Source: Rhodoglobus sp.
GTDB lineage: Bacteria; Actinomycetota; Actinomycetes; Actinomycetales; Microbacteriaceae
Length of the DNA: 64,000 nt
Assembly: GCA_046155245.1 (NCBI GenBank)
Contig: JBJXDR010000113.1
Span: forward strand, 4,878 to 68,877
Direction: 5' to 3'
Shown here: positions 37,150 to 48,701 of the stretch, in pieces
How positions within the stretch are numbered: position 1 is the stretch's first letter
How the letters are laid out: every line of letters starts with the position of its first letter
Position numbers and translations under genes: made by a program
Notes under the pieces: model-generated
Told to the model about the DNA's origin: nothing
Database searches by the model: none
The model's input: only the letters and a program-made list of their open reading frames with translations

Positions 37150-37957
37150 CCGTGAAATCCCACGGGTCGGTTCTCAGGTCGCTCACCGCGACGCTCACCC
37201 CGGGGAGGGCGCGGCGCAGTTCGCCTGCCGCGGCATCCAGCCAGAGCCATTCGCTCGCCCAGTGTGAGACGTCGATGAGCGCTGGTCCCCGCGAGAGGCG
37301 TGCGTTCTCGCGGGCCTCCGACGCCGGGTGGTGACGCAGGTCGCTCGTGATGTACACGTCGGCGCCCAGGACCGCCGGGTCGGAGAGCAGCGAGTCACCG
37401 GCACCCGCGCACAGCGCGACCGTCGAGACCGGGGCGTCGAATTCACCCGACACTCGGATGCCGGTGGCGGTCGCCGGCAGAATCTCACCGAGTGTTCGCG
37501 CTAGTCGCCCCAGCGTCGTCGGTGCCGCAAGACGCCCGATGCGACCAATGCCTCGCCCAGGATCCGGCCCAACAGCGAGCGGCGTCGTATCCACTAGGCC
37601 GAGTGCCATTGCCAGGGCTCCTGAGGTTCCGGTCTCCACGACATCGGCGTTCGTGTGGGCTGACAGCAGGGCAATATCTGCCCTGATCAGACGAGTCAGC
37701 ACCGCGCCCTTGTACTTGTCGGCCGCGACGGAGGTCACCCCGCGCAAGAGTAGCGGGTGATGCACCAGCAGAAGGTCCGCTCCGGATGCGACGGCCTCGT
37801 CGACCGTGTCGAGCACCGCGTCAACCGCGAGGAGGATGGATTCGACCGACGACTCGGGGTCCCCTGCGATCAGGCCGACAGCATCCCACGACTCTGCGCC
37901 GGCAACAGGCCAAAGTTGTTCGACCACCGCGGCGACATCGGCAAGGGTGGGTGACAT
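37139..37957 (-). CDS. Nif3-like dinuclear metal-centre protein
   Basis: AESWDAVGL, HHPLLL, HTNAD, TSDLRHH, HWASE. Confidence 0.93.
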   Translation of the reverse strand: MSPTLADVAAVVEQLWPVAGAESWDAVGLIAGDPESSVESILLAVDAVLDTVDEAVASGADLLLVHHPLLLRGVTSVAADKYKGAVLTRLIRADIALLSAHTNADVVETGTSGALAMALGLVDTTPLAVGPDPGRGIGRIGRLAAPTTLGRLARTLGEILPATATGIRVSGEFDAPVSTVALCAGAGDSLLSDPAVLGADVYITSDLRHHPASEARENARLSRGPALIDVSHWASEWLWLDAAAGELRRALPGVSVAVSDLRTDPWDFTVTQ

Positions 37958-38003
37958 GGGCTTCAGTCTATTTGGACCGCCCCTGACCGGCGCGCGTCAC
38001 AAC

Positions 38004-40811
38004 TCAGAGTTTGGTCTGCTCCTGACGGCGGATTGCCGGCACGCCGATCACGATCGGCAGGAGGATGCCGAGCCCGAGGGCGACAAGGACTCCAAGGTCG
38101 GTTCCCGCGAGGTCGCTGTCCAGCGGCACCCCGAGCAACCCGAACAGGTAGCCCTGCCATCCCAGCCACGTCACGGTCGCCGTTGTGAGGCCGAATCCGA
38201 TGGCGCTGATCACGCTGAATCCGATGAGGTTGCCCCAGCGCACGGTCTCGTAGACACCGCCACGTCGCAGGAGCGATTCGCTCTCGAAGCGCCGATTACG
38301 AATCATCATCTCCGCCGCGAAGATTCCTGCCCAGGCAGCTGTCGGCACGGCTAGGGTGGTCGCCACGTCACGGAAGAGCTCGAGAATCCCCGTCACCGCA
38401 AAGCTCAGGACGAGCGCGATTACCGCCAGTAGCGCCGCGACGATGAGCACCGACCACTGCCGAGACACCCGCACGCCCACGGACTGGAGAGCAAACCCGC
38501 CCGAGTACATAGTGATGACGATGCCCGAGAGCAAACTCAGCACGGTGGCCGCGAGGAGAGGGATCGGGTACCACAGGGGCAGCATAAGGGCGAGAGTGTC
38601 GAGTGGCGACTGAACGAAGCCGCTGGCGATGCCCTTATCCGAGGCCGCGAGCAGTGCGCCATATCCGATCAGCACGAAGCTCGGCAGCGTCGCCCCGATC
38701 GTCGACCAGAGCATGGATGCCGCGCCGCTCGAGTCCGGCCGCTGGTAGCGCGCCAGCTCTGCGCCGCTGTTGGCCCACACGAGTCCGACGAAACTGAATA
38801 CCAGCACCGCACCGGTCACCGTCAGCACCCAGGGACCGTCGGGGATCGTGAGCGCGGCAGCGATATCCACGTACTGCGCCGTCATGACAATGAGGCCCAC
38901 CACGAGTACCCCCGATAGCACTGTGAGCACGAGTTGGATTCGCGCGATCAGGTGGTAGCCCGCAAATGCGATGAGCACGGCGAGAACAAAGGCACCAGCG
39001 AGGGCGACGAGAAGCAGAAGCCGCTCCCCCATACCGCCATCCAGTTCCGCCCCGACCAACACCACGGCGACAGACGATGCGAGCAGCCAGAGCAGCACCG
39101 CGCCCCAGAATACGCGGGTCAGAAGCGCGAGAAGGGCCGGCACCACGTTGCCGACGACCCCGAACGTGGCGCGGGAGACGATCATCGTCGGCTGGCCGCT
39201 CCGCTTACCCGCGAGTGTGGATAGACCCAGCGGGATGAATGACAGTGCGACGCCCGCGAGCACCGAAACGATCGACTGGCGCAGGCTCATCCCTACAGCG
39301 AAAACCGCCGCCCCGAGCCCGAGGCTCAGAATGCTGGAGTTCGCGGCGAACCACATCCAGAAGAGGCGTGCCGCTCGCCCGACCCGGTGGTCGAGTGGAG
39401 TCGGCTCGACTCCACTGGCCTCGATGCTGAATGCCCGCTGACGAACGGGCTCGTTGTCGATGAGAACGACCTCGTCTTCGGGAATACGCACTGTGGAGAT
39501 GGGCCCAGACGGAGGCGAGATCACGGCTGCTCCCCCGACGAGGCCCGCGAACGCGCGGTCCGTGTCGTCCACGTCGTCGTCGAGTTCCTCGTCGTACGCG
39601 CGGTCGATGACAGAGATGGAGCCCGTGTCGAGCGGAACCCCCTGACTCGCCGTCACGGGGGTAGGTTCCTCGAACAGCGTCTGCGCCGCCGAGAATGGGC
39701 GACCGTCGTCGACGTCGGGGCGAATGTCTTCGTCAGCGGGCCCCGTGAGCAGGTCGTCGAAGCTAGAGGAGGATGCCGGCTGGCCGGTCTCGTCTTCGAC
39801 GACCTCAGCCTCGATGACCTCCTCGTAGTCGGGGATCGGCTCGACGGGAACGGGTGGATGCCCGGCAGCCTGTGACGGCAAAATGGGCGGGCCGCCCAGG
39901 GGCGGCGGTTCCACGAGCGGCGGCGGCTCGACCGGGAACACGATCGTGGGGGCCATCGGCTCTGGCTCGGAGTCGAGCAGCGCCTCGGGCTCCGCTTCCC
40001 ATCCCACCTCAGGCTCACCGAGAGTAGACGCCCATCCGGGACTGGGCGGCGGAACCTCCCATGCCGGCAGCACTGGCGGCGCGACCGGCGCCTCGGGTTC
40101 CTGAGGTTCCTGAGGCCCCTGAGGTTCCTGAGGCTCCTCAGGCTCGGGCTGTGCGGGCCATTCGGCGACCGGCTGGTTGTCGACTGCAAATCGATCGACG
40201 GGCAGCGGGGGCACAGCGGGGGGCACAGCCGACGGCACAGCCAAGGGCATGTCAACCGCCCCCTGTGCCTTGAGCTGCGCCTCAAGCTGCTCGATCGCGC
40301 TGAGGGTGCCGCCGCCCGTAGCAAGTCCCGCCTGCTCGAGCAAGCTGAGGAGTTCCGGATCGCGCACCGTCGGTTCCGGCGGGCCCTCGGGAAGATCGAC
40401 CGCCTGCGAGGGATCAGGCGCGGGGAGCGAACTCCACGCGGGTAGCTCGGCAACGGGCGCCGGCGGTTCCGGCGCACGGCGCTCGTCGGTCGGTGGCGGC
40501 TCGGCAGGAATCTCGTGTACAACAGGAATCTCGTGAACGACCGGGTTTTCGGGCTCGACGTGGTCGTCGTCGTTGCCGAATGACTCCGGCTCGCGGATGC
40601 TCGACCCGACGATGGGGATCGAACCCGACGACAACCTTCCCAAGTCGGCCGCGAGGGCGTTCGCGAGTTCATCGTCGTCGTGCTCGGACTGTTCGGCCGA
40701 GCCCACGGGAACGCTTCCAGTGGGCGGCGTGAAGGTCGACCTGCGGGGACCGGGCGTGGCGACGTTCGGTTCGAATGAGGTTTCGTCAAAAACCTCGTCG
40801 TCGCTTGCCAT
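38004..40811 (-). CDS. Purine-cytosine permease (NCS1-like) with long Pro/Glu-rich N-terminal extension
   Basis: C-terminal ~450 aa polytopic (WFAANSS, SRATFG); N-terminal ~460 aa low complexity. Confidence 0.8.
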   Translation of the reverse strand: MASDDEVFDETSFEPNVATPGPRRSTFTPPTGSVPVGSAEQSEHDDDELANALAADLGRLSSGSIPIVGSSIREPESFGNDDDHVEPENPVVHEIPVVHEIPAEPPPTDERRAPEPPAPVAELPAWSSLPAPDPSQAVDLPEGPPEPTVRDPELLSLLEQAGLATGGGTLSAIEQLEAQLKAQGAVDMPLAVPSAVPPAVPPLPVDRFAVDNQPVAEWPAQPEPEEPQEPQGPQEPQEPEAPVAPPVLPAWEVPPPSPGWASTLGEPEVGWEAEPEALLDSEPEPMAPTIVFPVEPPPLVEPPPLGGPPILPSQAAGHPPVPVEPIPDYEEVIEAEVVEDETGQPASSSSFDDLLTGPADEDIRPDVDDGRPFSAAQTLFEEPTPVTASQGVPLDTGSISVIDRAYDEELDDDVDDTDRAFAGLVGGAAVISPPSGPISTVRIPEDEVVLIDNEPVRQRAFSIEASGVEPTPLDHRVGRAARLFWMWFAANSSILSLGLGAAVFAVGMSLRQSIVSVLAGVALSFIPLGLSTLAGKRSGQPTMIVSRATFGVVGNVVPALLALLTRVFWGAVLLWLLASSVAVVLVGAELDGGMGERLLLLVALAGAFVLAVLIAFAGYHLIARIQLVLTVLSGVLVVGLIVMTAQYVDIAAALTIPDGPWVLTVTGAVLVFSFVGLVWANSGAELARYQRPDSSGAASMLWSTIGATLPSFVLIGYGALLAASDKGIASGFVQSPLDTLALMLPLWYPIPLLAATVLSLLSGIVITMYSGGFALQSVGVRVSRQWSVLIVAALLAVIALVLSFAVTGILELFRDVATTLAVPTAAWAGIFAAEMMIRNRRFESESLLRRGGVYETVRWGNLIGFSVISAIGFGLTTATVTWLGWQGYLFGLLGVPLDSDLAGTDLGVLVALGLGILLPIVIGVPAIRRQEQTKL

Positions 40812-40820
40812 GCAGAAATA

Positions 40821-41738
40821 CTACGGTGACTGGTCCCATGAGCGCGGTTGCCGAGCCGTGGCGAGCACAGTTACCGCGCCGAGAATGAGCGCCAATCCGA
40901 CCCACCCGAGGGGTGCGAGGCGCTCACCCACGACCGCGACCGCGAGGATCGTCGCAACCACGGGCTCCAAAAAAGTGATGGTCGTCGCGGTGCTGCTGCG
41001 GAGGGTGCGCATCCCGATGCCGAACAGCAGGTAGGCCAGGAACATAGGCCCGAGGGCAAGGTAGAGCGTGATTCCGGTGGTCTGCGGTGACTGGAACAGC
41101 GGCGCGCCCAGCACGAGGAATACGGGCAGCAGGGCTACCGCGCCCACACCGAACATGCCGCCCATTACGCCGCGGGGCGATTGACCTGAGCCGATCGCGC
41201 GACTCGATGCGTAGGTGTAGAGGGCATACGCGAGCCCCGCTATGACCCCGAGGCCGATGCCGATGAGGATCTCGGAGCCGCCGCCCGACGCAGCCCGATC
41301 ACTGCCGACCGCCAGCAGCACGACGCCGACGATCGCGACAGCTGTACACGCGGCCCATCGCGCGGAGAGCCGTCGGCGTTCGACGATCCATTCGATCAGC
41401 GCGGCGAACACGGGCCCCGTGCCCAGAGAGACCACGTTGCCGATCGCCACGCCCGCGAGATTCATCGACGTGTAGAACGCAAGCGGATACACGAAAACGC
41501 CGGCGGCCCCGATCAGCAGCCAGCGACGACTTGCCGCGTTGCGAAGCGCCGCAACCGAACCACGGGCGGAGACTGCGAAGAGGAGCGCGCCGCCGAGGGT
41601 CATGGTGCTGGCCCCGACGGCCAGCGGGCTGACCGCGCCGGGCAGGAAGCTCGCCGCAGTGCCGGTCGTGCCCCAGAGTAGCGATGAGAGTACGAGCGCC
41701 CAGGCACCCGACGACTGGAAACCCGAACTGCTATCCAC
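40821..41738 (-). CDS. EamA/DMT family transporter
   Basis: LWGTTG, two repeats of five TM helices, LEPVVA; exact start uncertain. Confidence 0.88.
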   Translation of the reverse strand: MDSSSGFQSSGAWALVLSSLLWGTTGTAASFLPGAVSPLAVGASTMTLGGALLFAVSARGSVAALRNAASRRWLLIGAAGVFVYPLAFYTSMNLAGVAIGNVVSLGTGPVFAALIEWIVERRRLSARWAACTAVAIVGVVLLAVGSDRAASGGGSEILIGIGLGVIAGLAYALYTYASSRAIGSGQSPRGVMGGMFGVGAVALLPVFLVLGAPLFQSPQTTGITLYLALGPMFLAYLLFGIGMRTLRSSTATTITFLEPVVATILAVAVVGERLAPLGWVGLALILGAVTVLATARQPRSWDQSP

Positions 41739-41963
41739 TCAACGAGGCTAGCGGCCCCACTCTGTTTGTCATGCGCGCACGAGTCCCCGTCATTCTGAGC
41801 ACGACATACTACGAGCACGACCCGGACTTCGGCACGGAGGATGCCCGTGGCCGCGAGCCAGGCCTCGGAGCCTCCGACGAGACGGGTAACTACGACCGGG
41901 CACCCGGGCTGCTTATGGCGGGGATCGCGGCGCGCGCGGCCATCTCGTCCCGCGGGTACGGCT

Positions 41964-42332
41964 CTAGAAGAAAAGCGCGACGATCAGCGCGACGAACACG
42001 CCCACGAAGATCAGAGGCGTGACGAATTTCGCAACCCAGAGCCACCGGGCTGACGCCGCGATCCGCGCTGCTACCGCCGATGAGCCGGCGCCCCGAAGGT
42101 CGCGACCGGCGGCCTCGGCCTCGCTCGCCGCCGAGAACTGGGCCAGCACGCCGAGCACGCCCGATGCCAGAAGGATTCCCGCTGTGGCGATGCGCACCGG
42201 CAGGTCCGCATCGGCCAACCCGAAGATGAGCAGCAGGATGGAGAACCCGAGCAACGCGGTCGGAGCGAGCTGCGAGAGGATCAGGTCACGGCGGGCGCGA
42301 TTCCAGACGGCGATGAGTTCTGACTGCGACAC
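41964..42332 (-). CDS. Hypothetical membrane protein
   Basis: GTG start with GGAGG RBS, three hydrophobic segments, directly downstream of tRNA-Val. Confidence 0.7.
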   Translation of the reverse strand: MSQSELIAVWNRARRDLILSQLAPTALLGFSILLLIFGLADADLPVRIATAGILLASGVLGVLAQFSAASEAEAAGRDLRGAGSSAVAARIAASARWLWVAKFVTPLIFVGVFVALIVALFF

Positions 42333-42351
42333 GATTGTCCTCCCCGTCTCG

Positions 42352-42424
42352 TGGGCCCTACCGGGCTCGAACCGATGACATCCACGGTGTAAACGTGGCG
42401 CTCTACCAACTGAGCTAAAGGCCC
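42352..42424 (-). tRNA. tRNA-Val(TAC)
   Basis: GGGCCTTTAGCTCAGTTGGTAGAGCGCCACGTTTACACCGTGGATGTCATCGGTTCGAGCCCGGTAGGGCCCA folds as a cloverleaf; anticodon TAC. Confidence 0.98.
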
Positions 42425-42477
42425 GTCGCCCGGCATGGCGGGACAACGCGTGTCAATGGTACAGGCATACTTCCGCC

Positions 42478-43143
42478 ATGGCTGCTGCTCCCCCCTCGTT
42501 ACCCCAGCCCGAGACCGAGCATCGCTTTCCTGTCTTCGTTGCAGCAGCGATCGCTCTCACACTCTTTGCGATGCTCCCCAGCGAAGTTCAGTTCCTGCCG
42601 AACTGGCTTGTGCCTTCGATCGCGGCCGTCGTGCTCATCCCTCTTATTGCCATCAACCCGCGCCGTCTCAACAACGAGACCAGATGGTCGCGGTGGATCG
42701 GGATCGGCTTCGCACTCGGACTGACCGCCGTCAACCAGGTCTACGTCGTGTTGCTCGTGATCGAGCTGATCTCGGGTCAGGCCCGCGGGCCCATCGTGCT
42801 CATCACCGCGCTCTACGTCTGGATCACCAACATCATTGCGTTCTCACTGGTGTACTGGGAACTCGACCGCGGCGGGCCGGTCGCCCGGCGGGTAGAGGGA
42901 GTCAATGACAACGCGCGGCAGGACTTCCGATTCCCGCAACAGGACAACCCGGCCGGAGTCGAAGGCTGGCAGACTGCCTACCCCGACTATGCCTACCTGT
43001 CGATGACCAACATGATGGCCTTCAGCCCCACTGACGCCATGCCCCTGACTATTCGAGCCAAGGGGCTCATGGCCTACCAGGCTTTCACGGGCTTTGTGTT
43101 GCTCGCCCTCGTGATCTCGCGGGCCGTCAACATCCTCACGTGA
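42478..43143 (+). CDS. DUF1345-like membrane protein
   Basis: YWELDRGGP, DFRFPQ, DYAYLS..N.MAFSPTD. Confidence 0.85.
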   Translation: MAAAPPSLPQPETEHRFPVFVAAAIALTLFAMLPSEVQFLPNWLVPSIAAVVLIPLIAINPRRLNNETRWSRWIGIGFALGLTAVNQVYVVLLVIELISGQARGPIVLITALYVWITNIIAFSLVYWELDRGGPVARRVEGVNDNARQDFRFPQQDNPAGVEGWQTAYPDYAYLSMTNMMAFSPTDAMPLTIRAKGLMAYQAFTGFVLLALVISRAVNILT

Positions 43144-43166
43144 GACTCTCGGTGAGCCAGGCGGGA

Positions 43167-43640
43167 TTAGACGCGCGCCGACTTCAGGTCGCGCAGCGCC
43201 GCGGTGTACTCCTCGAGCGACCGCGCCTGACCTGGCGCCGTGGTGAAGCTGGCCCGGATGACCCCGTCGATGTCGATGAGGAAGGTCGCGCGGTTCGCGA
43301 AACCCTTCTCCTCGACAAACACGCCGTATTCCTTTGCGACCGCGCCGTGCGGCCAGAAGTCTGCGAGCAAAGTGAAGTCATAACCTTCGTGCTCAGCCCA
43401 CGCCCGCAGACTCGCCTTGGAGTCCACGGAGATGCCGATGAGCTCGACACCGTCGTCGGTGAAGAGCGTGAGGTTGTCGCGCAGCTCGCAGAGTTCGGTC
43501 GTGCACGTGCTCGAAAACGCGAGTGGGAAGAATACGAGAGCGACCGCTCGCTTGCCCCTGAATTCGCTCAGGCGGATGTGCTCACCGAACTGATTCGGGA
43601 GTTCGAAGTCGGGCGCGGTGATGTCATTGATAAGAGCCAC
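43167..43640 (-). CDS. ahpE: Peroxiredoxin (AhpE type)
   Basis: [25 protein letters not shown]; divergent from aceE as in other actinobacteria. Confidence 0.88.
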   Translation of the reverse strand: MALINDITAPDFELPNQFGEHIRLSEFRGKRAVALVFFPLAFSSTCTTELCELRDNLTLFTDDGVELIGISVDSKASLRAWAEHEGYDFTLLADFWPHGAVAKEYGVFVEEKGFANRATFLIDIDGVIRASFTTAPGQARSLEEYTAALRDLKSARV

Positions 43641-43779
43641 GAGGGGCAATTGTACGCCCGTTCCAGACAGTACCTATCCCACAACTAGAATCGACAGGCG
43701 TAGTCGATCACGGCACGTTCTGCACATTCGTCGTAACCCGGCGGGCGTGGAAGTTATCTCTCTACAAGACAAGAGGTCA

Positions 43780-46509
43780 ATGGTGACGGTAAACGATCAG
43801 GACCCCTATTCGGTGCATCACACCGATCAGGATCCGGAGGAGACAGCGGAGTGGCGTGAGTCGCTCTCCAGCCTCGTGGCCACCCACGGGCACGGCCGCG
43901 GTCGCGAGATCATGCTGAGCCTTCTCAAGCACTCCAAAGACCTCCACCTCGGTGTTCCCATGGTGCCGACGACCGACTACATCAACACGATTGCCCCGGA
44001 GAACGAGCCAGAGTTCCCCGGCAACGAGGAGATCGAGCGTCGCTACCGCGCGTGGATCCGCTGGAACGCCGCGATCACCGTGCACCGGGCACAGCGACCC
44101 GGGATCGGAGTCGGTGGTCATATCTCGACCTACGCGTCATCCGCCGCCCTCTACGAGGTTGGCCACAACCACTTCTTCCGTGGCGCGGACCACCCCGGTG
44201 GCGGCGACCAGATCTTCTATCAGGGTCACGCCTCCCCCGGTATGTATGCTCGCGCCTACCTCGAGGGTCGCCTGAGCGAAGACCAGCTCAAGGGCTTCCG
44301 TCAGGAGAAATCCCGGTGGCCCAACGGCCTGTCGAGCTACCCCCACCCCCGACTCATGCCGGACTTCTGGCAGTTCCCGACGGTCTCGATGGGGCTGGGC
44401 CCGATCAACGCGATCTACCAGGCCCAATCCAACCGCTACCTCACCAATCGCGGTATCAAGGATGCGAGCGACCAGCAGGTCTGGGCGTTCTTGGGCGACG
44501 GCGAGATGGACGAGGTCGAGAGTCGCGGCGCACTCCAGTGGGCCGCCAACGAGGGACTCGACAACCTGAACTTCGTCATCAACTGCAACCTCCAGCGCCT
44601 CGACGGTCCGGTGCGCGGCAACGGCAAGATCATCCAGGAGCTGGAGAGCTTCTTCCGCGGCGCCGGCTGGAACGTCATCAAGGTCATCTGGGGCCGAGAG
44701 TGGGACGAGTTGCTCGTCAGGGATCACGAGGGCGCTCTGCGCGATCTCATGAACCGCACGCCCGACGGCGACTACCAGACTTACAAGGCCGAGAACGGCG
44801 CCTACGTGCGTGAGAACTTCTTCGGCCGTGACCCGCGTACCCTCGCGATGGTCGAGGGCTACACCGACGACCAACTCTGGGGGCTTAAGCGGGGCGGGCA
44901 CGACTACCGCAAGGTATATGCGGCCTTCCGCGCGGCATCCGAGCACAAGGGGCAGCCGACGGTCATCCTCGCGAAGACGGTCAAGGGCTACGGCCTGGGT
45001 CCGTCGTTCGAGGGCCGCAACGCGACACACCAGATGAAGAAGCTGACCCTCGACAACCTCAAGCAGTTCCGCGACGTCATGCAGATTCCGATCTCTGACG
45101 CGCAGCTCGACGCCGATCCGTACCAGCCGCCGTTCTACCACCCGGGCGATAACGACGAGGCAATCCAGTACCTGCAGGAGCGTCGTCGCGAACTCGGCGG
45201 CTACGTGCCGGAGCGACGCTCGAAGTACACCCAGATCGATCTGCCCGACAGCTCCGCCTACGAGGTCGTGAAGAAGGGATCCGGAAAGCAGGAGATCGCG
45301 AGCACCATGGCCTTCGCGCGCCTGCTCAAGGATCTGCTGCGCGACAAGGGCCTCGGTCACCGGATCGTGCCGATCATCCCGGATGAGGCGCGCACCTTCG
45401 GAATGGATGCCTACTTTCCGACCGCGAAGATCTACAACCCCGCGGGCCAGCAGTACACCTCCGTCGACCGCGAGCAGCTTCTCGCCTACAAGGAGAGCCC
45501 GCAGGGTCAGATCATCCACGTCGGCATCAATGAGGCAGGCGCGTTCGCTGCATTCACTGCGGCCGGAACCCAGTACGCGACCAACGGCGAGCCGCTGATT
45601 CCCGTGTACGTGTTCTACTCGATGTTCGGTTTCCAGCGCACCGGTGACGCGATGTGGGCGGCCGGCGACCAGATGGCGCGCGGCTTCATCATGGGCGCGA
45701 CCGCGGGGCGCACGACGCTCACCGGCGAGGGACTGCAGCACGCCGACGGCCACTCGCTGCTGCTCGCGTCGACCAACCCGGCGGTGATCACGTACGACGC
45801 TGCCTACGGGTATGAGCTCGGGCACATCGTGCACGCGGGACTCGACCGCATGTACGGGGGCACGCACCCGAACCCCAACGTCATGTACTACTTGACCCTC
45901 TACAACGAGCCGATCGTGCAGCCTGCCGAGCCGGAGAACCTCGATGTCGACGGCGTGCTTCGCGGCATTTACCACCTCGCGACCGCTCAGGTGCAGGGCC
46001 CACGCGCCCAGTTGCTCGCGTCGGGTGTCGCGGTGCCCTGGGCTCTCGAGGCCCAGCACCTTCTCGCGCAGGACTGGGGCGTTTCTGCGGATGTCTGGTC
46101 GGTCACATCCTGGACCGAGCTGCGTCGTGACGGCCTTGCCGCCGAGGAGCACAACTTCCTCAACCCGAGCGCCGAGCCCCGCGTGCCCTACGTCACGCAC
46201 AAGCTCAGCGGATCCGACGGTCCGTTCATCGCGGTGACCGACTTCATGCACGCCGTACCCGATCAGATCCGGCAGTTCGTCCCCGGTGACTTCGCGACGC
46301 TTGGAGCCGACGACTTCGGCTTCTCCGATACGAGGGCTGCCGCCCGACGCTACTTCAAGATCGACGGACCGTCGCTCGTGGTACGCACCCTCGAAGCTCT
46401 TGCCAAGCGCGGCCTTGTCGACCGAGCAGTGATCGGGCAGGCGATCGAGAAGTACAGCCTGCTGGATGTGACCGCGGGCACCACCGGATCGGCCGGCGGC
46501 GAGAGCTAG
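43780..46509 (+). CDS. aceE: Pyruvate dehydrogenase E1, homodimeric type
   Basis: [29 protein letters not shown]; start 43780 or 43783. Confidence 0.97.
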   Translation: MVTVNDQDPYSVHHTDQDPEETAEWRESLSSLVATHGHGRGREIMLSLLKHSKDLHLGVPMVPTTDYINTIAPENEPEFPGNEEIERRYRAWIRWNAAITVHRAQRPGIGVGGHISTYASSAALYEVGHNHFFRGADHPGGGDQIFYQGHASPGMYARAYLEGRLSEDQLKGFRQEKSRWPNGLSSYPHPRLMPDFWQFPTVSMGLGPINAIYQAQSNRYLTNRGIKDASDQQVWAFLGDGEMDEVESRGALQWAANEGLDNLNFVINCNLQRLDGPVRGNGKIIQELESFFRGAGWNVIKVIWGREWDELLVRDHEGALRDLMNRTPDGDYQTYKAENGAYVRENFFGRDPRTLAMVEGYTDDQLWGLKRGGHDYRKVYAAFRAASEHKGQPTVILAKTVKGYGLGPSFEGRNATHQMKKLTLDNLKQFRDVMQIPISDAQLDADPYQPPFYHPGDNDEAIQYLQERRRELGGYVPERRSKYTQIDLPDSSAYEVVKKGSGKQEIASTMAFARLLKDLLRDKGLGHRIVPIIPDEARTFGMDAYFPTAKIYNPAGQQYTSVDREQLLAYKESPQGQIIHVGINEAGAFAAFTAAGTQYATNGEPLIPVYVFYSMFGFQRTGDAMWAAGDQMARGFIMGATAGRTTLTGEGLQHADGHSLLLASTNPAVITYDAAYGYELGHIVHAGLDRMYGGTHPNPNVMYYLTLYNEPIVQPAEPENLDVDGVLRGIYHLATAQVQGPRAQLLASGVAVPWALEAQHLLAQDWGVSADVWSVTSWTELRRDGLAAEEHNFLNPSAEPRVPYVTHKLSGSDGPFIAVTDFMHAVPDQIRQFVPGDFATLGADDFGFSDTRAAARRYFKIDGPSLVVRTLEALAKRGLVDRAVIGQAIEKYSLLDVTAGTTGSAGGES

Positions 46510-46522
46510 GAGCCGACCTCCC

Positions 46523-47707
46523 GTGGCGAAGACCAAGGAGCAAACTCTCGCGTGGCTGCGCACGATTTCGGGTCAGCTCGCGACGGCGACCCTCAAGCGC
46601 TTAGATGACACGCTCCCGTGGTACGGCGACATGCCGCCCGGACGACGCTCCGCCGTGGGGCTCGTCGCCCAGGCGGGCATCACGAGCTTCATCTCCTGGT
46701 TCGACGACCCGAAGTCGATCCCGTGGATCGCCGCTGACGTCTTCGGCGCTGCGCCGCGCGAGTTGCTGCGCTCGGTCTCGCTTACGCAGACCCTTCAGCT
46801 CATCCGCATCACGGTCGAGGTGGTCGAACAGCGCGTCAAGGACGGCGACGATGTGCTGCGCGAGGCGATCCTGCTCTACTCGCGGGAGATCGCATTTGCG
46901 GCCGCCGACGTGTACGCACGTGCCGCCGAGGCGCGTGGCCTGTGGGACGCGCGCCTCGAGGCCCTCGTGGTCGACTCGATCCTCAGCGGCGAGTACGACA
47001 ACGAATTACCCTCCCGCATTGCAGCGCTCGGGTGGAACGGGCACGGCGAGGTCTGCGTGCTCGTCGGCACCGCTCCGAAGATGCTCGATGTGGACCAACT
47101 GCGCCGCACCGCGCGCCACCTCGACGCCGACGTGCTGATCGGCGTACAGGGCAGCCGACTGGTGCTCGTGATCGGCAGGGCAAGTCCCCGCAACGATGAC
47201 GCCGACGCGCCAGCGCCGCTGCCGTTCCTCAGCATTGCTGAGCAACTCGAGCCGGGTTTCGGACCCGGCCACCTCGTGCTCGGACACGAAGTCCCGAGCC
47301 TCGTCGACGCATCCAAGAGCGCCAAGGCGGCACTGGCAGGCTTCGCGGTCGCGCGTTCGTGGCGCAACGCACCGCGGCCGACCCTCGCAGACGATCTTCT
47401 GCCCGAGCGCGCCTTCGCTGGAGACCCGCTGGCCCGCGCGACCCTGATCAACAAGATCTATCGGCCGCTCCGGGCCCACTCGACAGACCTGCTCGCGACC
47501 CTCTGGTGCTACCTCGACAACGGCCGTTCGCTCGAGGCCACCGCGCGCGAATTGTTCGTGCATCCCAACACCGTGCGGTACCGCCTCAAACGGGTCAGCG
47601 ACGTGATCGGGTGGGATGCCACGGGCGCCCGCGAGGCTCTGATTCTGCAAGCTGCCCTGATAGTTGGCTCAATCGCCGATCCGGACGGGTCAAAACGCCG
47701 CGGATGA
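46523..47707 (+). CDS. PucR-family regulator (FasR-like)
   Basis: C-terminal HTH TARELFVHPNTVRYRL; upstream of the fab operon. Confidence 0.9.
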   Translation: MAKTKEQTLAWLRTISGQLATATLKRLDDTLPWYGDMPPGRRSAVGLVAQAGITSFISWFDDPKSIPWIAADVFGAAPRELLRSVSLTQTLQLIRITVEVVEQRVKDGDDVLREAILLYSREIAFAAADVYARAAEARGLWDARLEALVVDSILSGEYDNELPSRIAALGWNGHGEVCVLVGTAPKMLDVDQLRRTARHLDADVLIGVQGSRLVLVIGRASPRNDDADAPAPLPFLSIAEQLEPGFGPGHLVLGHEVPSLVDASKSAKAALAGFAVARSWRNAPRPTLADDLLPERAFAGDPLARATLINKIYRPLRAHSTDLLATLWCYLDNGRSLEATARELFVHPNTVRYRLKRVSDVIGWDATGAREALILQAALIVGSIADPDGSKRRG

Positions 47708-47780
47708 GAACAAGGGTTGGCGTAATTCTTAGTGCCCATGCCACAGGACCGCACCAGTCACGAGAAAGCAGACTAGATCA

Positions 47781-48701
47781 GTGATCGTCATCGTCGCCCC
47801 TGGCCAGGGCTCCCAGGCCCCCGGATTCCTTGAGCCGTGGCTTGAGCTGGAGGGAGCCAGCGAACAGCTCGCTACCATCTCGGATGCCGTCGGCATCGAT
47901 CTTGCCGCCCACGGCACGACCTCAGACGCTGACACGATCCGCGACACGAAGATTGCGCAGCCGCTCATCGTCGCGGCCGGGCTCCTGACCCTCAGCTCGC
48001 TGTTTGCCGACGGCCGACGGGAGAAAGTGGGCGGCGTCGCGGGACATTCAGTGGGCGAGGTCACGGCGTCGGCCGCGGCGGGCATCCTGAGCGACACTGA
48101 TGCGGTGGCATTCGTGCGTGAGCGCGGGCGGGCGATGGCGGATGCCGCGGCCCTCGAGCCGACCGGCATGTCCGCGGTTCTGGGCGGCGACGAGGCGGCC
48201 CTACTCGAGCGTCTCGCCGAGTTGGACCTCTACCCAGCGAACTACAACGGCGGCGGGCAGCTCGTGGTTGCGGGCGCGCTACCCGCGCTCGAGCAGCTGG
48301 CGGAGAACCCCGTGGCGGGCACCCGGGTGATCCCGCTTCAGGTGGCTGGCGCGTTTCACACCCGGTACATGCGACCGGCCGTCGCGCACCTCGAAGCATT
48401 CGCGGCGACGCTGGAGACCCACGACCCAACACTGCCGATCTGGACCAACCGCGACGGCTCTGCCGTGACTTCGGGGGCCGAGTTCATGACGCTTCTCGTC
48501 GGTCAGGTGTCGTCGCCGGTACGGTGGGACCTGACGATGGAGGCCTTCGCGGCCTCCGGAGTCAGCGGAGTCATCGAACTCGCGCCCGCGGGCGCCCTCG
48601 TGGGTCTTGCGAAGCGCGGCCTCAAGGGCGTGCCGAGTGTGGCCGTGAAGACGCCGGATGACCTGCAGGCAGCGTTCGATTTGATCGATGGGAACTCATG
48701 A
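47781..48701 (+). CDS. fabD: Malonyl-CoA:ACP transacylase
   Basis: PGQGSQ, GHSVGE, GAFHT. Confidence 0.96.
   Translation: MIVIVAPGQGSQAPGFLEPWLELEGASEQLATISDAVGIDLAAHGTTSDADTIRDTKIAQPLIVAAGLLTLSSLFADGRREKVGGVAGHSVGEVTASAAAGILSDTDAVAFVRERGRAMADAAALEPTGMSAVLGGDEAALLERLAELDLYPANYNGGGQLVVAGALPALEQLAENPVAGTRVIPLQVAGAFHTRYMRPAVAHLEAFAATLETHDPTLPIWTNRDGSAVTSGAEFMTLLVGQVSSPVRWDLTMEAFAASGVSGVIELAPAGALVGLAKRGLKGVPSVAVKTPDDLQAAFDLIDGNS

Noticed and set aside
41771-42022. Short + strand ORF with faint isochorismatase-like wording (VPVILSTTYY)
   Set aside because: Similarity too short to support, and it overlaps the convergent gene
42352-42424. tRNA-Val as an island integration site
   Set aside because: No duplicated 3' fragment or integrase nearby
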